DNA of 64,000 nt, taken from contig NZ_CP147020.1 of the NCBI RefSeq assembly GCF_037126435.1, positions 1,971,293 to 2,035,292 of the forward strand, given 5' to 3'. This stretch comes from Bernardetia sp. ABR2-2B (GTDB lineage Bacteria; Bacteroidota; Bacteroidia; Cytophagales; Bernardetiaceae). Below the pieces are notes generated by a model, which had not been told where the DNA came from, made no database searches, and worked only from the letters and a program-made list of their open reading frames with translations. Of the stretch, positions 1 through 9,374 are shown piece by piece (position 1 is the first letter of the stretch; each line of letters starts with the position of its first letter). The position numbers and the translations under genes are program-made.

Positions 1-515
1 TCGTAGTCTTTTGACAAGACAAATTCTTTACTTTTTGGAATTAGCTCTTTGAATTTTTGAGTATAAAAATCTGTATCTAACTCTTCTCTATCATAACGGA
101 CAGAAAGATAATTGATAAGATTATCCCAATCTGTCAAATACAAATGCGTTGGTTTGTGCGACCACGCATCAAATTTGTCTTGTTCTTCTTGAAATGGATT
201 TTTTGCATTTATTTTTTTATCAGTATCTCTTATCCATTTTATCGTATCGTTTATAATCTGACTTGTTAGAGATTCGTTTTCTTTGGCAAGTTTGATAATT
301 GTCTGGTTTTCAAAAATACGATCTAATGTCTTTCTGAGATAAGAAAAATAAGAGGCTTGAAACTCTTCATTCTCAATTCCTAAATCATTTTTGTTACCAT
401 CTCCTTTCAAAATAGAATAGAGATAAAACACCAAAAACTTTCGTGTTGGCTTGTCTAATACTTTTCCAAAATCTATAAAACGGCTAAAGGTAGTTTCTAA
501 TTCTTCGAAGGACAT
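1..515 (-). CDS. hypothetical protein, N-terminal 171-aa fragment (CDS continues past the window start)
   Basis: ATG at 513-515 on the minus strand, with an in-frame stop 4 codons upstream (528-530). The frame stays open to position 3 with no stop; I checked it triplet by triplet. Translation begins MSFEELETTFSRFIDFGKVLDKPTRKF. It is absent from the ORF track because it runs off the window. No recognisable family. Confidence 0.4.
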   Translation of the reverse strand, partial: MSFEELETTFSRFIDFGKVLDKPTRKFLVFYLYSILKGDGNKNDLGIENEEFQASYFSYLRKTLDRIFENQTIIKLAKENESLTSQIINDTIKWIRDTDKKINAKNPFQEEQDKFDAWSHKPTHLYLTDWDNLINYLSVRYDREELDTDFYTQKFKELIPKSKEFVLSKDY

Positions 516-546
516 TTTTTTTCTTGTCAGTTATTAATAATGTAAC

Positions 547-732
547 TAACGTGAACTCGGTATTAAAAACAGTCTGAAATATCTCTCTATCTACAAGGAA
601 AGCTACTTTCGGTCTGCTCTAACGAGACTGACCTACTTTTAATCAAGGTCAGCCCGAAAGGGCAGCACCGAAGATTAAAAATAACAGGCTAACTATTTGA
701 CAATCAGTAGGTATAATCCCGAGTTCACGTTA
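547..732. repeat. about 186-bp intergenic element bounded by a perfect 14-bp terminal inverted repeat (TAACGTGAACTCGG ... CCGAGTTCACGTTA); MITE-like element or structured RNA candidate
   Basis: The repeat arms are at 547-560 and 719-732 and are exact reverse complements. The interior holds a CTGACC/GGTCAG stem (629-634 / 647-652) and a GCCC-GAAA-GGGC tetraloop hairpin (652-663). The interior also holds motif copy A (610-636), shared with 9191-9216. Confidence 0.5.
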
Positions 733-847
733 ACTACTGTAATACATTTTAGGATACCAAATTGTTAGATATTAACGAGAATATTTAATAACAAAAAAAC
801 AGCTCCTAACTAAGGTCAAGAGCTACTTTTAATTTTAATAGGCAATT

Positions 848-1993
848 TTAATTATTTATTTCTAAAATAAAATCATTGCATAGTGGAGATATACTATTCT
901 GAAAATCTTCCACATTAGATAACACAATTACACCTATTTTTTTGTTCTTATCAAGCATTAACATAGATGAAAATCCTCCAGTTCCTCCATCATGAGTATA
1001 TATTGTAAATTCATCATCTTGATAAATATACCAACCTAATCCTATATGAAAGTTATCTTCAGTTTTGAAAGTCTTGACTTGTGGAAGATTATAGACTACA
1101 TCATTTTCAAAGTTTTTTTGAATAAATTTTGCCATATCTATTACAGATGATTTTATAGAACCACCACCTGATAAGGTTTCTGCAAAATTCCAATGAGAAA
1201 CAACTTGACCATTTATATCTCGTGGTTCAACCAATTTTGTAGCATCTACTTGTTCTATCAAGGTAGTTGTGTTTTCCATTCTTAATGGCTGAAATATTGT
1301 ACTTTGTAACAATTCTTCAAAAGTAGAATTTCTTTTCTTAGCTAGAGAATATCCTAAAATACCTGCTCCTAAGTTAGAATACTCATACTTAGTTCCACTT
1401 GTTGCATTCAAAATAATGTGATTTTGCAAATAACTTTTCAAGTTATCATAACTGTACACTGCATATGGGTCTTCTAAGTTGAGATTTTGTATTTCATTAG
1501 AGTTTGTAGGGATAACAGGAAGTCCAGAAGTATGATTTGCCAACTGTTTAAAAGTAATGTCACCACCCGTTCGCAATGGAAAATCAAATTGACTTTGCAA
1601 CGTTTCTGTTAATGAAACTTCATTTGAAGTTACCATTTCTGCAAGACAAATACTTGTAAACACTTTTGTTATAGAACCAATTTCAAATATTTTATCTGCA
1701 TTGTCTGTTTTTATAAGTTCATTATTTTGATTTGTTACTCCCAAATAGTCTGTATTTCCATTATGAACTAAAGCAATAGCTACTTGAGCATTATTTGGCA
1801 ATGTTGATAAGTTATTTTCTAATATTTCAACATATTTCTTATTTGAAATATCACTACCTAACATACTTGGTAGCACATCATTTTTTGTGCAACTTATACA
1901 AGTTATACCAATTAGTAGTGGTAGTAACACTAGTTTGAAATTACTTATTAATCTCTTTCTGATTGTTTTTTGTTGTTGTGATGGCTTGTTCAT
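848..1993 (-). CDS. serine hydrolase, beta-lactamase/penicillin-binding-protein family (exported)
   Basis: 381-aa ORF with an N-terminal hydrophobic signal. S-x-x-K active-site motif (GSITKVF). Overall resembles class C beta-lactamase-related esterases. Confidence 0.75.
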   Translation of the reverse strand: MNKPSQQQKTIRKRLISNFKLVLLPLLIGITCISCTKNDVLPSMLGSDISNKKYVEILENNLSTLPNNAQVAIALVHNGNTDYLGVTNQNNELIKTDNADKIFEIGSITKVFTSICLAEMVTSNEVSLTETLQSQFDFPLRTGGDITFKQLANHTSGLPVIPTNSNEIQNLNLEDPYAVYSYDNLKSYLQNHIILNATSGTKYEYSNLGAGILGYSLAKKRNSTFEELLQSTIFQPLRMENTTTLIEQVDATKLVEPRDINGQVVSHWNFAETLSGGGSIKSSVIDMAKFIQKNFENDVVYNLPQVKTFKTEDNFHIGLGWYIYQDDEFTIYTHDGGTGGFSSMLMLDKNKKIGVIVLSNVEDFQNSISPLCNDFILEINN

Positions 1994-2097
1994 TATTTTG
2001 AAGGTTTAAGGTAAATAAATAAAAGTTTACACCAACAAATCTATATTAGGGCGAATAAAAGATAGTCTCAATATCTCTAAAGTGAACAAATTAGGAC

Positions 2098-3261
2098 TTA
2101 TTTATGTGTTTTTCGGTACATATTTGGAGTCATTCCTGTTATTTTTTTGAACCAGTTGTAGTAAGTTGCTTTGGAAGGGAAACCACATTCTAATCCAATA
2201 GATAACAGACTGTAGTTATCAAACTCTTTGTTTGAAATTAATTTTTTAGCTTCTTCTACACGAAACGTATTGATATAGGTAGAGAAGTTTTCATTTGTTA
2301 TGGAGTTAATGAGTTGAGAGACATAGCTTGGACTAATACCTAACATATCGGCTACTTTATTTCTATCTAATGTACTATCCATATAAATTTTTTGATTAGA
2401 ACAAAGAGCTTCTAATGTTTGATAGTGTATATTTTCGGAAGACGTTATAGAGGTTTTTATTGTAGTTTCATTAGTTTTTTCTATTTTTTTAGATAAACCT
2501 AAATCATATGAAACAGTTTTTACTTCTTCTAGCTTACTAGAATTTGATATTAACTCTTTAATTTTCTTTTTTTCATTAGCTAGTTTGAGTTTATAAACAC
2601 CTGCATAGGCTACCCAGTGAATAAGTAGTGAAGTAAATACAGCTATAATATGCATTAGGCTAGTAATTTCATACTCAATGAACATACTTAATACTACTGT
2701 CAATAACCATGATGTTAGAAATATGAATTCAAAAAGCCATAGATAAGTTAGCCACTTTTTTTCTTGTTTATCTTTTGAGAGTTGAATAAACTGATATGTT
2801 TTCAATAAAACAATAGGGATAAAAAAGAGTGTTATCAAAAAAAGAAGAAAGCCTAGAACAGTACTAAAAAGACTAAAAAAAGATGAATTAAGATTTGCTT
2901 GTGTACTTGTATCTATTTCATCTAAGATGCTGTAAAAGACAGAGAGTATAAAAGGCAAAAATAGCCAAAGTATTTTTTTGGAGTTTTTTTGTGGATAACG
3001 GACTTGATGAATAACAAATAATAATATTAACACTGGAAACAATACTGCTGAATCTACTATATCTATAAATTTGAGTAGTGGATATTCAGAGAAGAGTTCT
3101 GTAATATCCATTACTAAATTAAGTAGAGACCAAGAAAGTGAAAGTATTGCAAATGCTAAATACTGATTGGTTTTACTCTTAAAAAATGGAGAATTTAGAA
3201 GAATAAAACTAATAACAATCCCTTGAAAAATGGCAATATTTAGTAGGGTTAATTCTATCAC
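2098..3261 (-). CDS. membrane-anchored AraC-family transcriptional regulator
   Basis: The N-terminal ~200 aa form several hydrophobic TM helices. The C-terminus has the classic AraC HTH pair (…DMLGISPSYVSQLIN… and …GFPSKATYYNWFKKITGMTPNMYRK). Confidence 0.8.
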   Translation of the reverse strand: MIELTLLNIAIFQGIVISFILLNSPFFKSKTNQYLAFAILSLSWSLLNLVMDITELFSEYPLLKFIDIVDSAVLFPVLILLFVIHQVRYPQKNSKKILWLFLPFILSVFYSILDEIDTSTQANLNSSFFSLFSTVLGFLLFLITLFFIPIVLLKTYQFIQLSKDKQEKKWLTYLWLFEFIFLTSWLLTVVLSMFIEYEITSLMHIIAVFTSLLIHWVAYAGVYKLKLANEKKKIKELISNSSKLEEVKTVSYDLGLSKKIEKTNETTIKTSITSSENIHYQTLEALCSNQKIYMDSTLDRNKVADMLGISPSYVSQLINSITNENFSTYINTFRVEEAKKLISNKEFDNYSLLSIGLECGFPSKATYYNWFKKITGMTPNMYRKTHK

Positions 3262-3293
3262 AAACTATCTGATTAATTTAGATATTCAATAAT

Positions 3294-3899
3294 TTAATTA
3301 TGCCACTCAAAAGTCTCCAACATGTGCATCATATCATCTTTTGTATATTTCAAAATAGGAGCAAGAGAATCATTTTGGCTAGAAGTCGGAACATACATAG
3401 CAGCTCTCAAAAAGTGCGTAGAAGAATCAGAAACCCAATAATTAAAAACTGTCGGAACTTCACCTTCTGAAATTGTATAAACAATTCCATTTCCTTTTTT
3501 TGAATCAATTACTTGGTCAATGGCAGACGAACGAGCCGTATTTATTTCATTAAAAGTAATTTTGTGAGCGTCATTTACATATTCCATAAAAAGTTTGGGT
3601 TCATTTTTTATCTCCTTGTAGGTAATATGAATTTCGGCTACACTTGTCGGTTCGTATTTTAGAGTAATCCAATAATCTTCTGCATTTTGACTTGTATTTT
3701 TTACAACTTTGGCATATTTAGAATGCTCAAAAGAATATGGGAAATCGCCTTCTAGTTTTGTATAACTTTTTTCTGGCAGTTCGATTCTAAAATAACCATA
3801 CGGCTTTGGAATAAAACTATCTTCTTCACTCTGACAAGAAGAACAAAACAAACTCATTGATAAAATAATGACAAATAGGAAAGGAATAGTTATTTTCAT
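3294..3899 (-). CDS. lipoprotein (GldD-like gliding-motility lipoprotein?)
   Basis: Signal peptide plus lipobox (…LFCSSC) followed by PKPYGYFRIELP, which resembles the conserved N-terminus of GldD-family lipoproteins. I am recalling this family from memory and could not verify it. Confidence 0.45.
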   Translation of the reverse strand: MKITIPFLFVIILSMSLFCSSCQSEEDSFIPKPYGYFRIELPEKSYTKLEGDFPYSFEHSKYAKVVKNTSQNAEDYWITLKYEPTSVAEIHITYKEIKNEPKLFMEYVNDAHKITFNEINTARSSAIDQVIDSKKGNGIVYTISEGEVPTVFNYWVSDSSTHFLRAAMYVPTSSQNDSLAPILKYTKDDMMHMLETFEWHN

Positions 3900-4014
3900 T
3901 TTGCTATGTTGAGGTTCTCTAAATAGTTACAGGATTGTGTTTGAATCTATATAACTAGAAAAAAATATTTTTGGTATAAATTATTTCCCATTCAATTTAT
4001 AAAATAAGCTAAAA

Positions 4015-4620
4015 TTAAAAAGCAATTCCGAGAGTAATACCTAAACGTAAATCATTTTTGAACCCCTCATTCAATTCAATTGTCTCTCCTGAAGAGCCTG
4101 AAATTGTGGAATTATTTGTTTCAGATAAATAAAGAGGCAGTCCATATCCTGCAAAAGTAGAAAGAGCAAGACGTTTGTAATTATATCTATATCCTAAATT
4201 AAGTCCTGCAAAAATAGCATTATATCTATGAGAATAATCTATATTTTGAGAAGGTAAAATTTGTTTTGTTTCTTCTCCCCTACGATACTTAGAATACAGC
4301 CCAAGAAATAAACCATCACTAAATTTATGAGTTGTTTTGGAGAAAAGATAATAACGATATTCTGCTGCGATAGAAGTCATCTGTCGGTCTTCTTCTTTCA
4401 AAAACCCATTTAAATGATAGTTAAAGCCTATCCAAATAGCTTGTTGTTTGAAAGCTCGTTCGTAGCTAGTTACCAAATTGGCAGAGGTAAGCCCCAAAAG
4501 ATTTATAGAAACTCTATTTTTATACGTTGGGTACATCGTTTCTGCTTCAGTTGCTGTTTGAGCAAAAATAAAATTGAGAGTCAATAACGTAAATAGAAAC
4601 CCAAAAAATATAATTTTCAT
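4015..4620 (-). CDS. small outer-membrane beta-barrel protein
   Basis: Signal peptide, alternating aromatic/hydrophilic beta-strand pattern, and a C-terminal …GITLGIAF ending in Phe, typical of OMP barrels. Confidence 0.5.
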   Translation of the reverse strand: MKIIFFGFLFTLLTLNFIFAQTATEAETMYPTYKNRVSINLLGLTSANLVTSYERAFKQQAIWIGFNYHLNGFLKEEDRQMTSIAAEYRYYLFSKTTHKFSDGLFLGLYSKYRRGEETKQILPSQNIDYSHRYNAIFAGLNLGYRYNYKRLALSTFAGYGLPLYLSETNNSTISGSSGETIELNEGFKNDLRLGITLGIAF

Positions 4621-4669
4621 AGATAAAATTGATTGTGTAAAAAATCAGAATTACAACAATTTAAGCATT

Positions 4670-5440
4670 TTATTTTATTGGCATTTCATCAAAACTACTT
4701 TTTAGTGTATTTAGATTATAGTGCTTCATTGTGAGCTTATTTTTTGTAGCCTTTGAGTTAAAATAAGAAATAATTTGTGTCAGACTGACTGTTCCTCCGT
4801 GTGGGTCTTGCATCAAAATTTGTTCTCTAGGAATAGCATTTTGTTTCTCTCCCCCTTTTACATGAAAATGCCACAAAACTTGAGAAATAGAATCTGTTTT
4901 TTGTCCTTTTTTCAAGTAAAATTCTGTCCATTCTTCGAACCACTCTTCTCGTTTTTCTGCTATTTCGGAAGTATAAAGCGTTGCTGAAGACCAAATATAG
5001 GCGTATTTCGTATCTATATTCTTTTTGTATAATTTATTTTCTTCTTCTACCCAACGATATTCTGTGAGCAAAATAGCGTTACTTTTTTTCTCTATCCAAA
5101 TAAGTGTAAATGATTCTATTTTATCAAAGTTATAGTTTTCAATCTCATTTTCAGAGTCCATAGCTAAGAGTTCCATCAAGATAATTCCTCTGCTTTTTCT
5201 GTAAGGAGTATTTCTGATATGCTTTTTAAAAGCTCCATTCAAAAGGCAAAGCGTACGTCCTTTTTCAGTTATTCCAATCCAAGAACCTCCTGCATCTCCA
5301 TCAACAGGGCGAAGAATTTTTTTATTATTTAGTTTCGTAAAAGAAGGTAATTCAGAGTTTTTGCGAGTTTTTTGTTCGTCTCGGCTAGAAGTGAGAATAA
5401 AATTATTGTTTTCTAAAGGAACAAAAGTAAGCGTACACAT
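4670..5440 (-). CDS. NRDE-family (TANGO2-like) protein
   Basis: An internal ATG gives the N-terminus MCTLTFVPL; an N-terminal Met-Cys is the hallmark of this family. SSRDEQ matches the NRDE signature. The ORF track extends the ORF to 5479 with 13 extra residues. Confidence 0.6.
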   Translation of the reverse strand: MCTLTFVPLENNNFILTSSRDEQKTRKNSELPSFTKLNNKKILRPVDGDAGGSWIGITEKGRTLCLLNGAFKKHIRNTPYRKSRGIILMELLAMDSENEIENYNFDKIESFTLIWIEKKSNAILLTEYRWVEEENKLYKKNIDTKYAYIWSSATLYTSEIAEKREEWFEEWTEFYLKKGQKTDSISQVLWHFHVKGGEKQNAIPREQILMQDPHGGTVSLTQIISYFNSKATKNKLTMKHYNLNTLKSSFDEMPIK

Positions 5441-5589
5441 ATATTGAAATAAAATATTTTGATAAAAACTATAAAACACAAAATTACGTATAAATTGTTT
5501 ATGGTTATTAGTATTACTACTGCAAAAATACCAAAAACGGCTTATCTAAAATAAATAAATGTTCTATTTGTATAGAAATATAAATCTAC

Positions 5590-6243
5590 TTGCTTAAACC
5601 CAAACCACTTATGAAAATATCCTTTTTTGCTTTATTGATAATGACCTTAATTTTAGCTAGTTGTGATGAAAACAAAGAGAACCAAAATCAAGCAAACTCT
5701 GACATAGTTTTGAATGAAACTCCACAAGTTCTTGAAGATAAAGATAATTATGAAGTTAGGTCTATTTCTAAAAGATATGATTCTGATATAGTTGTAGAAC
5801 TATATAATGAGGCTCTTGAAAAAAACCTAAAACTAAAACAGCTCAATGATGAAATAAATCAAATGTATCAAACAAAGAGGGATAGTTTGGCTGAGTATTC
5901 AAAGTTTTCAAATACAAATGAAAAATATTGGATGAATGCTAGAAATCATATCAACCAAATTCAAGATTCTGTTCTTAGAGAAGCTACTCTTGAAACTTTT
6001 AAAGCTATAGAAGTCAATTATAAAAATAAAATGGCTGGTTATGAGCCGAAAATTAAGGAAATTCAAAGGAAAGATATTCAGCTAAATGACCAGTTGATAC
6101 TAATGAAATTATTTATTACTGAATCTATGATGAAAAATTATCAAGTAAATGAACAGCCAACTATCAAAACTTTGGAAAATATTATTGATAAATACGATAA
6201 CTTAATTGAAGAGACTAAAGAATATACGAAGATGAGCAAATGA
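5590..6243 (+). CDS. hypothetical lipoprotein
   Basis: Signal peptide with lipobox (LILASCDE). The remainder is charged and predicted helical or coiled-coil. Confidence 0.5.
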   Translation: MLKPKPLMKISFFALLIMTLILASCDENKENQNQANSDIVLNETPQVLEDKDNYEVRSISKRYDSDIVVELYNEALEKNLKLKQLNDEINQMYQTKRDSLAEYSKFSNTNEKYWMNARNHINQIQDSVLREATLETFKAIEVNYKNKMAGYEPKIKEIQRKDIQLNDQLILMKLFITESMMKNYQVNEQPTIKTLENIIDKYDNLIEETKEYTKMSK

Positions 6244-6355
6244 TCAGTTACATTTTTTTATAAAAAACAAAATTCCTATTTTAAGTCTTTGTGCTGTCAT
6301 AGGATTTTTTTATTCCTTTTTGACATCACTCCAACAATAAAAACACATACAAATA

Positions 6356-7195
6356 ATGATTTTACATACAATAGATACAGGTCTTTTCAAATTAGATGGT
6401 GGTGCAATGTTTGGCGTTGTGCCAAAGGTAATGTGGCAAAAACTCAATCCTGCTGATTCGGCTAATATGTGTACGTGGGCGATGCGCTGTCTTTTGATAG
6501 AAGATGGAAATAAATTAATTCTTATTGACACAGGAATAGGAGACAAGCAAGACGAAAAATTTACGGGTCATTTTCATTTACATGGAGAAGATACATTAGA
6601 AAAATCATTGAAACAAAAAGGATTTTCTACTTCTGATATTACAGACGTTTTTCTTACCCATTTGCATTTTGACCATTGTGGAGGAGCAATAAAAAGACAA
6701 AAAGACAAACTAATTCCTGTTTTTGATAAAGCAACCTATTGGTCAAATGCAGAACATTGGAACTGGGCTACCGACCCAAACCCACGAGAAAAAGCTTCTT
6801 TTTTGAAGGAAAACATTCTTCCTATAAAAGAAAGTGGACAATTAAAACTTCTTTCTAGCAATCAAAAAACAGATTCTTTGCCTTTTGATTTGCGCTTTGT
6901 GGATGGACACACCGAAAAGCAAATGCTACCTCAAATAAAATATAAGGACAGAACGATTGTTTTTTGTGCTGACCTTATTCCATCAGTTCATCATGTGCGT
7001 TTGCCTTACATCATGGCGTATGATATGCAACCTCTAAAAACACTTTCAGAAAAAGAAGACCTATTAAATGAAGCTCTTGAGAACGATTATATTTTATTTT
7101 TCGAACACGACCCAGTAAATCAATGCTGTACGCTACAAAAAACAGAGCGAGGAATTATGCCAAAAGACATTGGAAAGCTAAGTGATTTTGTATAA
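6356..7195 (+). CDS. MBL-fold metallo-hydrolase
   Basis: HxHxDH zinc motif (THLHFDHCGG) plus downstream His/Asp ligands. Length 279 aa. Confidence 0.8.
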   Translation: MILHTIDTGLFKLDGGAMFGVVPKVMWQKLNPADSANMCTWAMRCLLIEDGNKLILIDTGIGDKQDEKFTGHFHLHGEDTLEKSLKQKGFSTSDITDVFLTHLHFDHCGGAIKRQKDKLIPVFDKATYWSNAEHWNWATDPNPREKASFLKENILPIKESGQLKLLSSNQKTDSLPFDLRFVDGHTEKQMLPQIKYKDRTIVFCADLIPSVHHVRLPYIMAYDMQPLKTLSEKEDLLNEALENDYILFFEHDPVNQCCTLQKTERGIMPKDIGKLSDFV

Positions 7196-7443
7196 AAAAA
7201 GATTCTGTACTATCATTTATTTGAAACCTTTTTTGAAATAATTCGTATAAATTTTATTTTTTTGACAAAAAAAGTTTTCATTTTGAAAAAATAAAATAGA
7301 TGGAATAAAAAACAAATACCATAAGCACCTAAAAACCAACAACTTACAAACAATCCAATTCTAAAAAAAGGTTTGGATTTAATTTTGGCATACTTGAAAT
7401 AGATATAATACAACTTCTAAAAAAACATTAATTATTTATTTCA

Positions 7444-7578
7444 ATGCTCATATATTTACTCTTCTTTATTATTGGTTTTACAATGCTATTTAGTTTCTTT
7501 AAAGGGCTAGAGTTTATTTCTCGTTATAAAGTTTCTAAAAAGAAAAAAAGCAAGAGAGAAAAACAAGTAATTCTGTAA
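7444..7578 (+). CDS. possible 44-aa small membrane protein (MLIYLLFFIIGFTMLFSFFKGLEFISRYKVSKKKKSKREKQVIL)
   Basis: ATG-initiated ORF with one hydrophobic helix and a Lys-rich tail. It is followed directly by a strong hairpin terminator. Not in the ORF track because it is under 60 aa. Confidence 0.3.
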   Translation: MLIYLLFFIIGFTMLFSFFKGLEFISRYKVSKKKKSKREKQVIL

Positions 7579-7585
7579 TTTATAA

Positions 7586-7633
7586 AAAGGTCAATTCGAA
7601 CTATCATTATCGATGGTTTGAATTGACCTTTTT
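7586..7633. terminator. bidirectional intrinsic terminator
   Basis: Perfect 12-bp stem (AAAGGTCAATTC … GAATTGACCTTT). It is flanked by an A-run on the 5' side and a T-run on the 3' side. It can terminate the small ORF on the plus strand and hmgA (stop at 7692) on the minus strand. Confidence 0.55.
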
Positions 7634-7691
7634 ACATTTTTAAAATGTTGTTGTTATCTGCTAAGACACTAAAAAAATAGCATTTTGCTTT

Positions 7692-8882
7692 TTATTCTAA
7701 CCAACTATACGCATAGTTTGTATCTACATAATCCAATGCTTGTTTTGTCAGATAAAGAGGACGGAACGTATCTACCATAACAGCATATTCGTGTGTCGCT
7801 TTTTTACCAATACTTGCCTCATAAGTTCCAGGGTGAGGACCGTGAACGATTCCTCCTGGGTGGATAGTAAAAGAACCTCTATCAATTCCTTTTCTGCTCA
7901 TAAAATCTCCTTCTGCATAAAACAGAACTTCGTCCGAATCAATATTTGAGTGATTATAAGGCGCAGGAATAGAGTCTGGATGATAATCAAAAAGACGAGG
8001 TACAAATGAACAAATCACAAAACCACCTTCTGATTGAAAGGTTTGATGCACTGGTGGTGGCTGATGAATACGCCCAGTAATTGGCTCAAAATCATAAATA
8101 GAAAGCGTATAAGGATACAAACAACCGTCCCAACCCACAACATCTAAAGGAGAAAAATCATAAACATGTTGATGTAAAAAATTTCCTTTTTTTGTTTTGA
8201 TGAGTGTTTCTTTCGATTCTTTTTCTGTTACTAACTCTTGTGGAGGATGAATATCTCGCTCACAATACGGAGAATGTTCTAAAAGCTGTCCCATTCTGTT
8301 GCGATAACGATTAACTGTTTCAATAGGCGCACGAGATTCAGTAATCATCATTCTGACTTCTACTTTATTTCCATTTTCATCTACCTCATTTTCGTCAAAT
8401 TCCATTTTATAAACTGTCGTTCTTGGAATGACGACATAATCACCTTTTTTTACTCTTAACTTTCCTTGTGGACAATATAAATATCCATTTCCATCGTGCA
8501 TATAAATTACCTCATCGTGTTCTCCATTTTTATAGAAGTAATCCATCGTATTTTTACTTGGATTACAGATAGACAAAACACACTCGTTATTGGCAAGTAA
8601 AGGAACACGAGCTTCTAAAAAATCGCCTCCTGTTCTTTCAGAAAGAGATGTTTTGAGGTGCATCGGTTGAAGTGGATAGTCAGTAAGCAATTCCGTTTTT
8701 ATAGAAATCGGCTCAAGCATTTTTTTTATTTGCGTTGGAGGATTGATATGATAAAGAATTGTATAAATACCATCAAATCCACGAGAACTGACAAGCTGCT
8801 CATGATACAAACTACCGTCTTCTTGTCGGAACTGTGTGTGTCTTTTGGGTGGAATATGACCCATTTTTTGGTAATAACTCAT
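7692..8882 (-). CDS. hmgA: homogentisate 1,2-dioxygenase
   Basis: 396-aa cupin-fold protein with conserved HGD blocks (…HQPPPVHQTF…, …VDENGNK…). Full length for HmgA. Confidence 0.88.
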   Translation of the reverse strand: MSYYQKMGHIPPKRHTQFRQEDGSLYHEQLVSSRGFDGIYTILYHINPPTQIKKMLEPISIKTELLTDYPLQPMHLKTSLSERTGGDFLEARVPLLANNECVLSICNPSKNTMDYFYKNGEHDEVIYMHDGNGYLYCPQGKLRVKKGDYVVIPRTTVYKMEFDENEVDENGNKVEVRMMITESRAPIETVNRYRNRMGQLLEHSPYCERDIHPPQELVTEKESKETLIKTKKGNFLHQHVYDFSPLDVVGWDGCLYPYTLSIYDFEPITGRIHQPPPVHQTFQSEGGFVICSFVPRLFDYHPDSIPAPYNHSNIDSDEVLFYAEGDFMSRKGIDRGSFTIHPGGIVHGPHPGTYEASIGKKATHEYAVMVDTFRPLYLTKQALDYVDTNYAYSWLE

Positions 8883-9190
8883 TGATTTATGCTATTTTAT
8901 GGTTGATTGTGTGATTGATTTTATTTTTTTTTATAAAAATAGAACTCTATAAGGTTGTTTTAGTTTATGGGTAAAGATGATTACTATTTTGACTTCTAAC
9001 TGCTTTAAGTTATAAAAGTATAGCTTATTATCAAAATGGAAATTTACATAAATTTAGTGCAAAATCTTTATTAGCAAGGTCTTTTTTATGTTATCTTTGT
9101 GTCTATTTCAATACTATTAGACATTTTTACTAAATAGGTCATTCCTAAAAGGCTGACCATCTATTGAAAACTAAACCTATTGGCTACAAA

Positions 9191-9216
9191 CGGTCTGTTC
9201 TACAAGACTGACCTAC
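9191..9216. repeat. copy B of intergenic motif CGGTCTG(C/T)TCTA…AGACTGACCTAC
   Basis: About 23 of 27 positions match 610-636. Both copies lie in long intergenic spacers next to GGTCA…TGACC hairpins. Confidence 0.4.
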
Positions 9217-9374
9217 ATGAAAATAAAGAGTCAATAGTTTTTGTCTAGTAGTATAGTCTGTTTCATTATTAGATAATGATAGTTTTATTTTTTGAAAAGA
9301 ATACTTTCTTTTAGAAGAAACAGCATTAAGTGAGAAAACCTCTTCTATCTTAACATTCAAAACCTAACCCACAC

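Noticed and set aside
4775-4987. 70-aa plus-strand ORF inside the NRDE gene, and similar short internal ORFs (6310..6546, 7213..7413, 7740..7949, 8658..8885, 9656..10447, 12234..12461, 29355..30626, 35353..35836, 37139..37642, 54731..56787, 58017..60669 and others)
   Set aside because: They all overlap longer ORFs with recognisable domains on the other strand or frame. They are typical AT-rich shadow ORFs.
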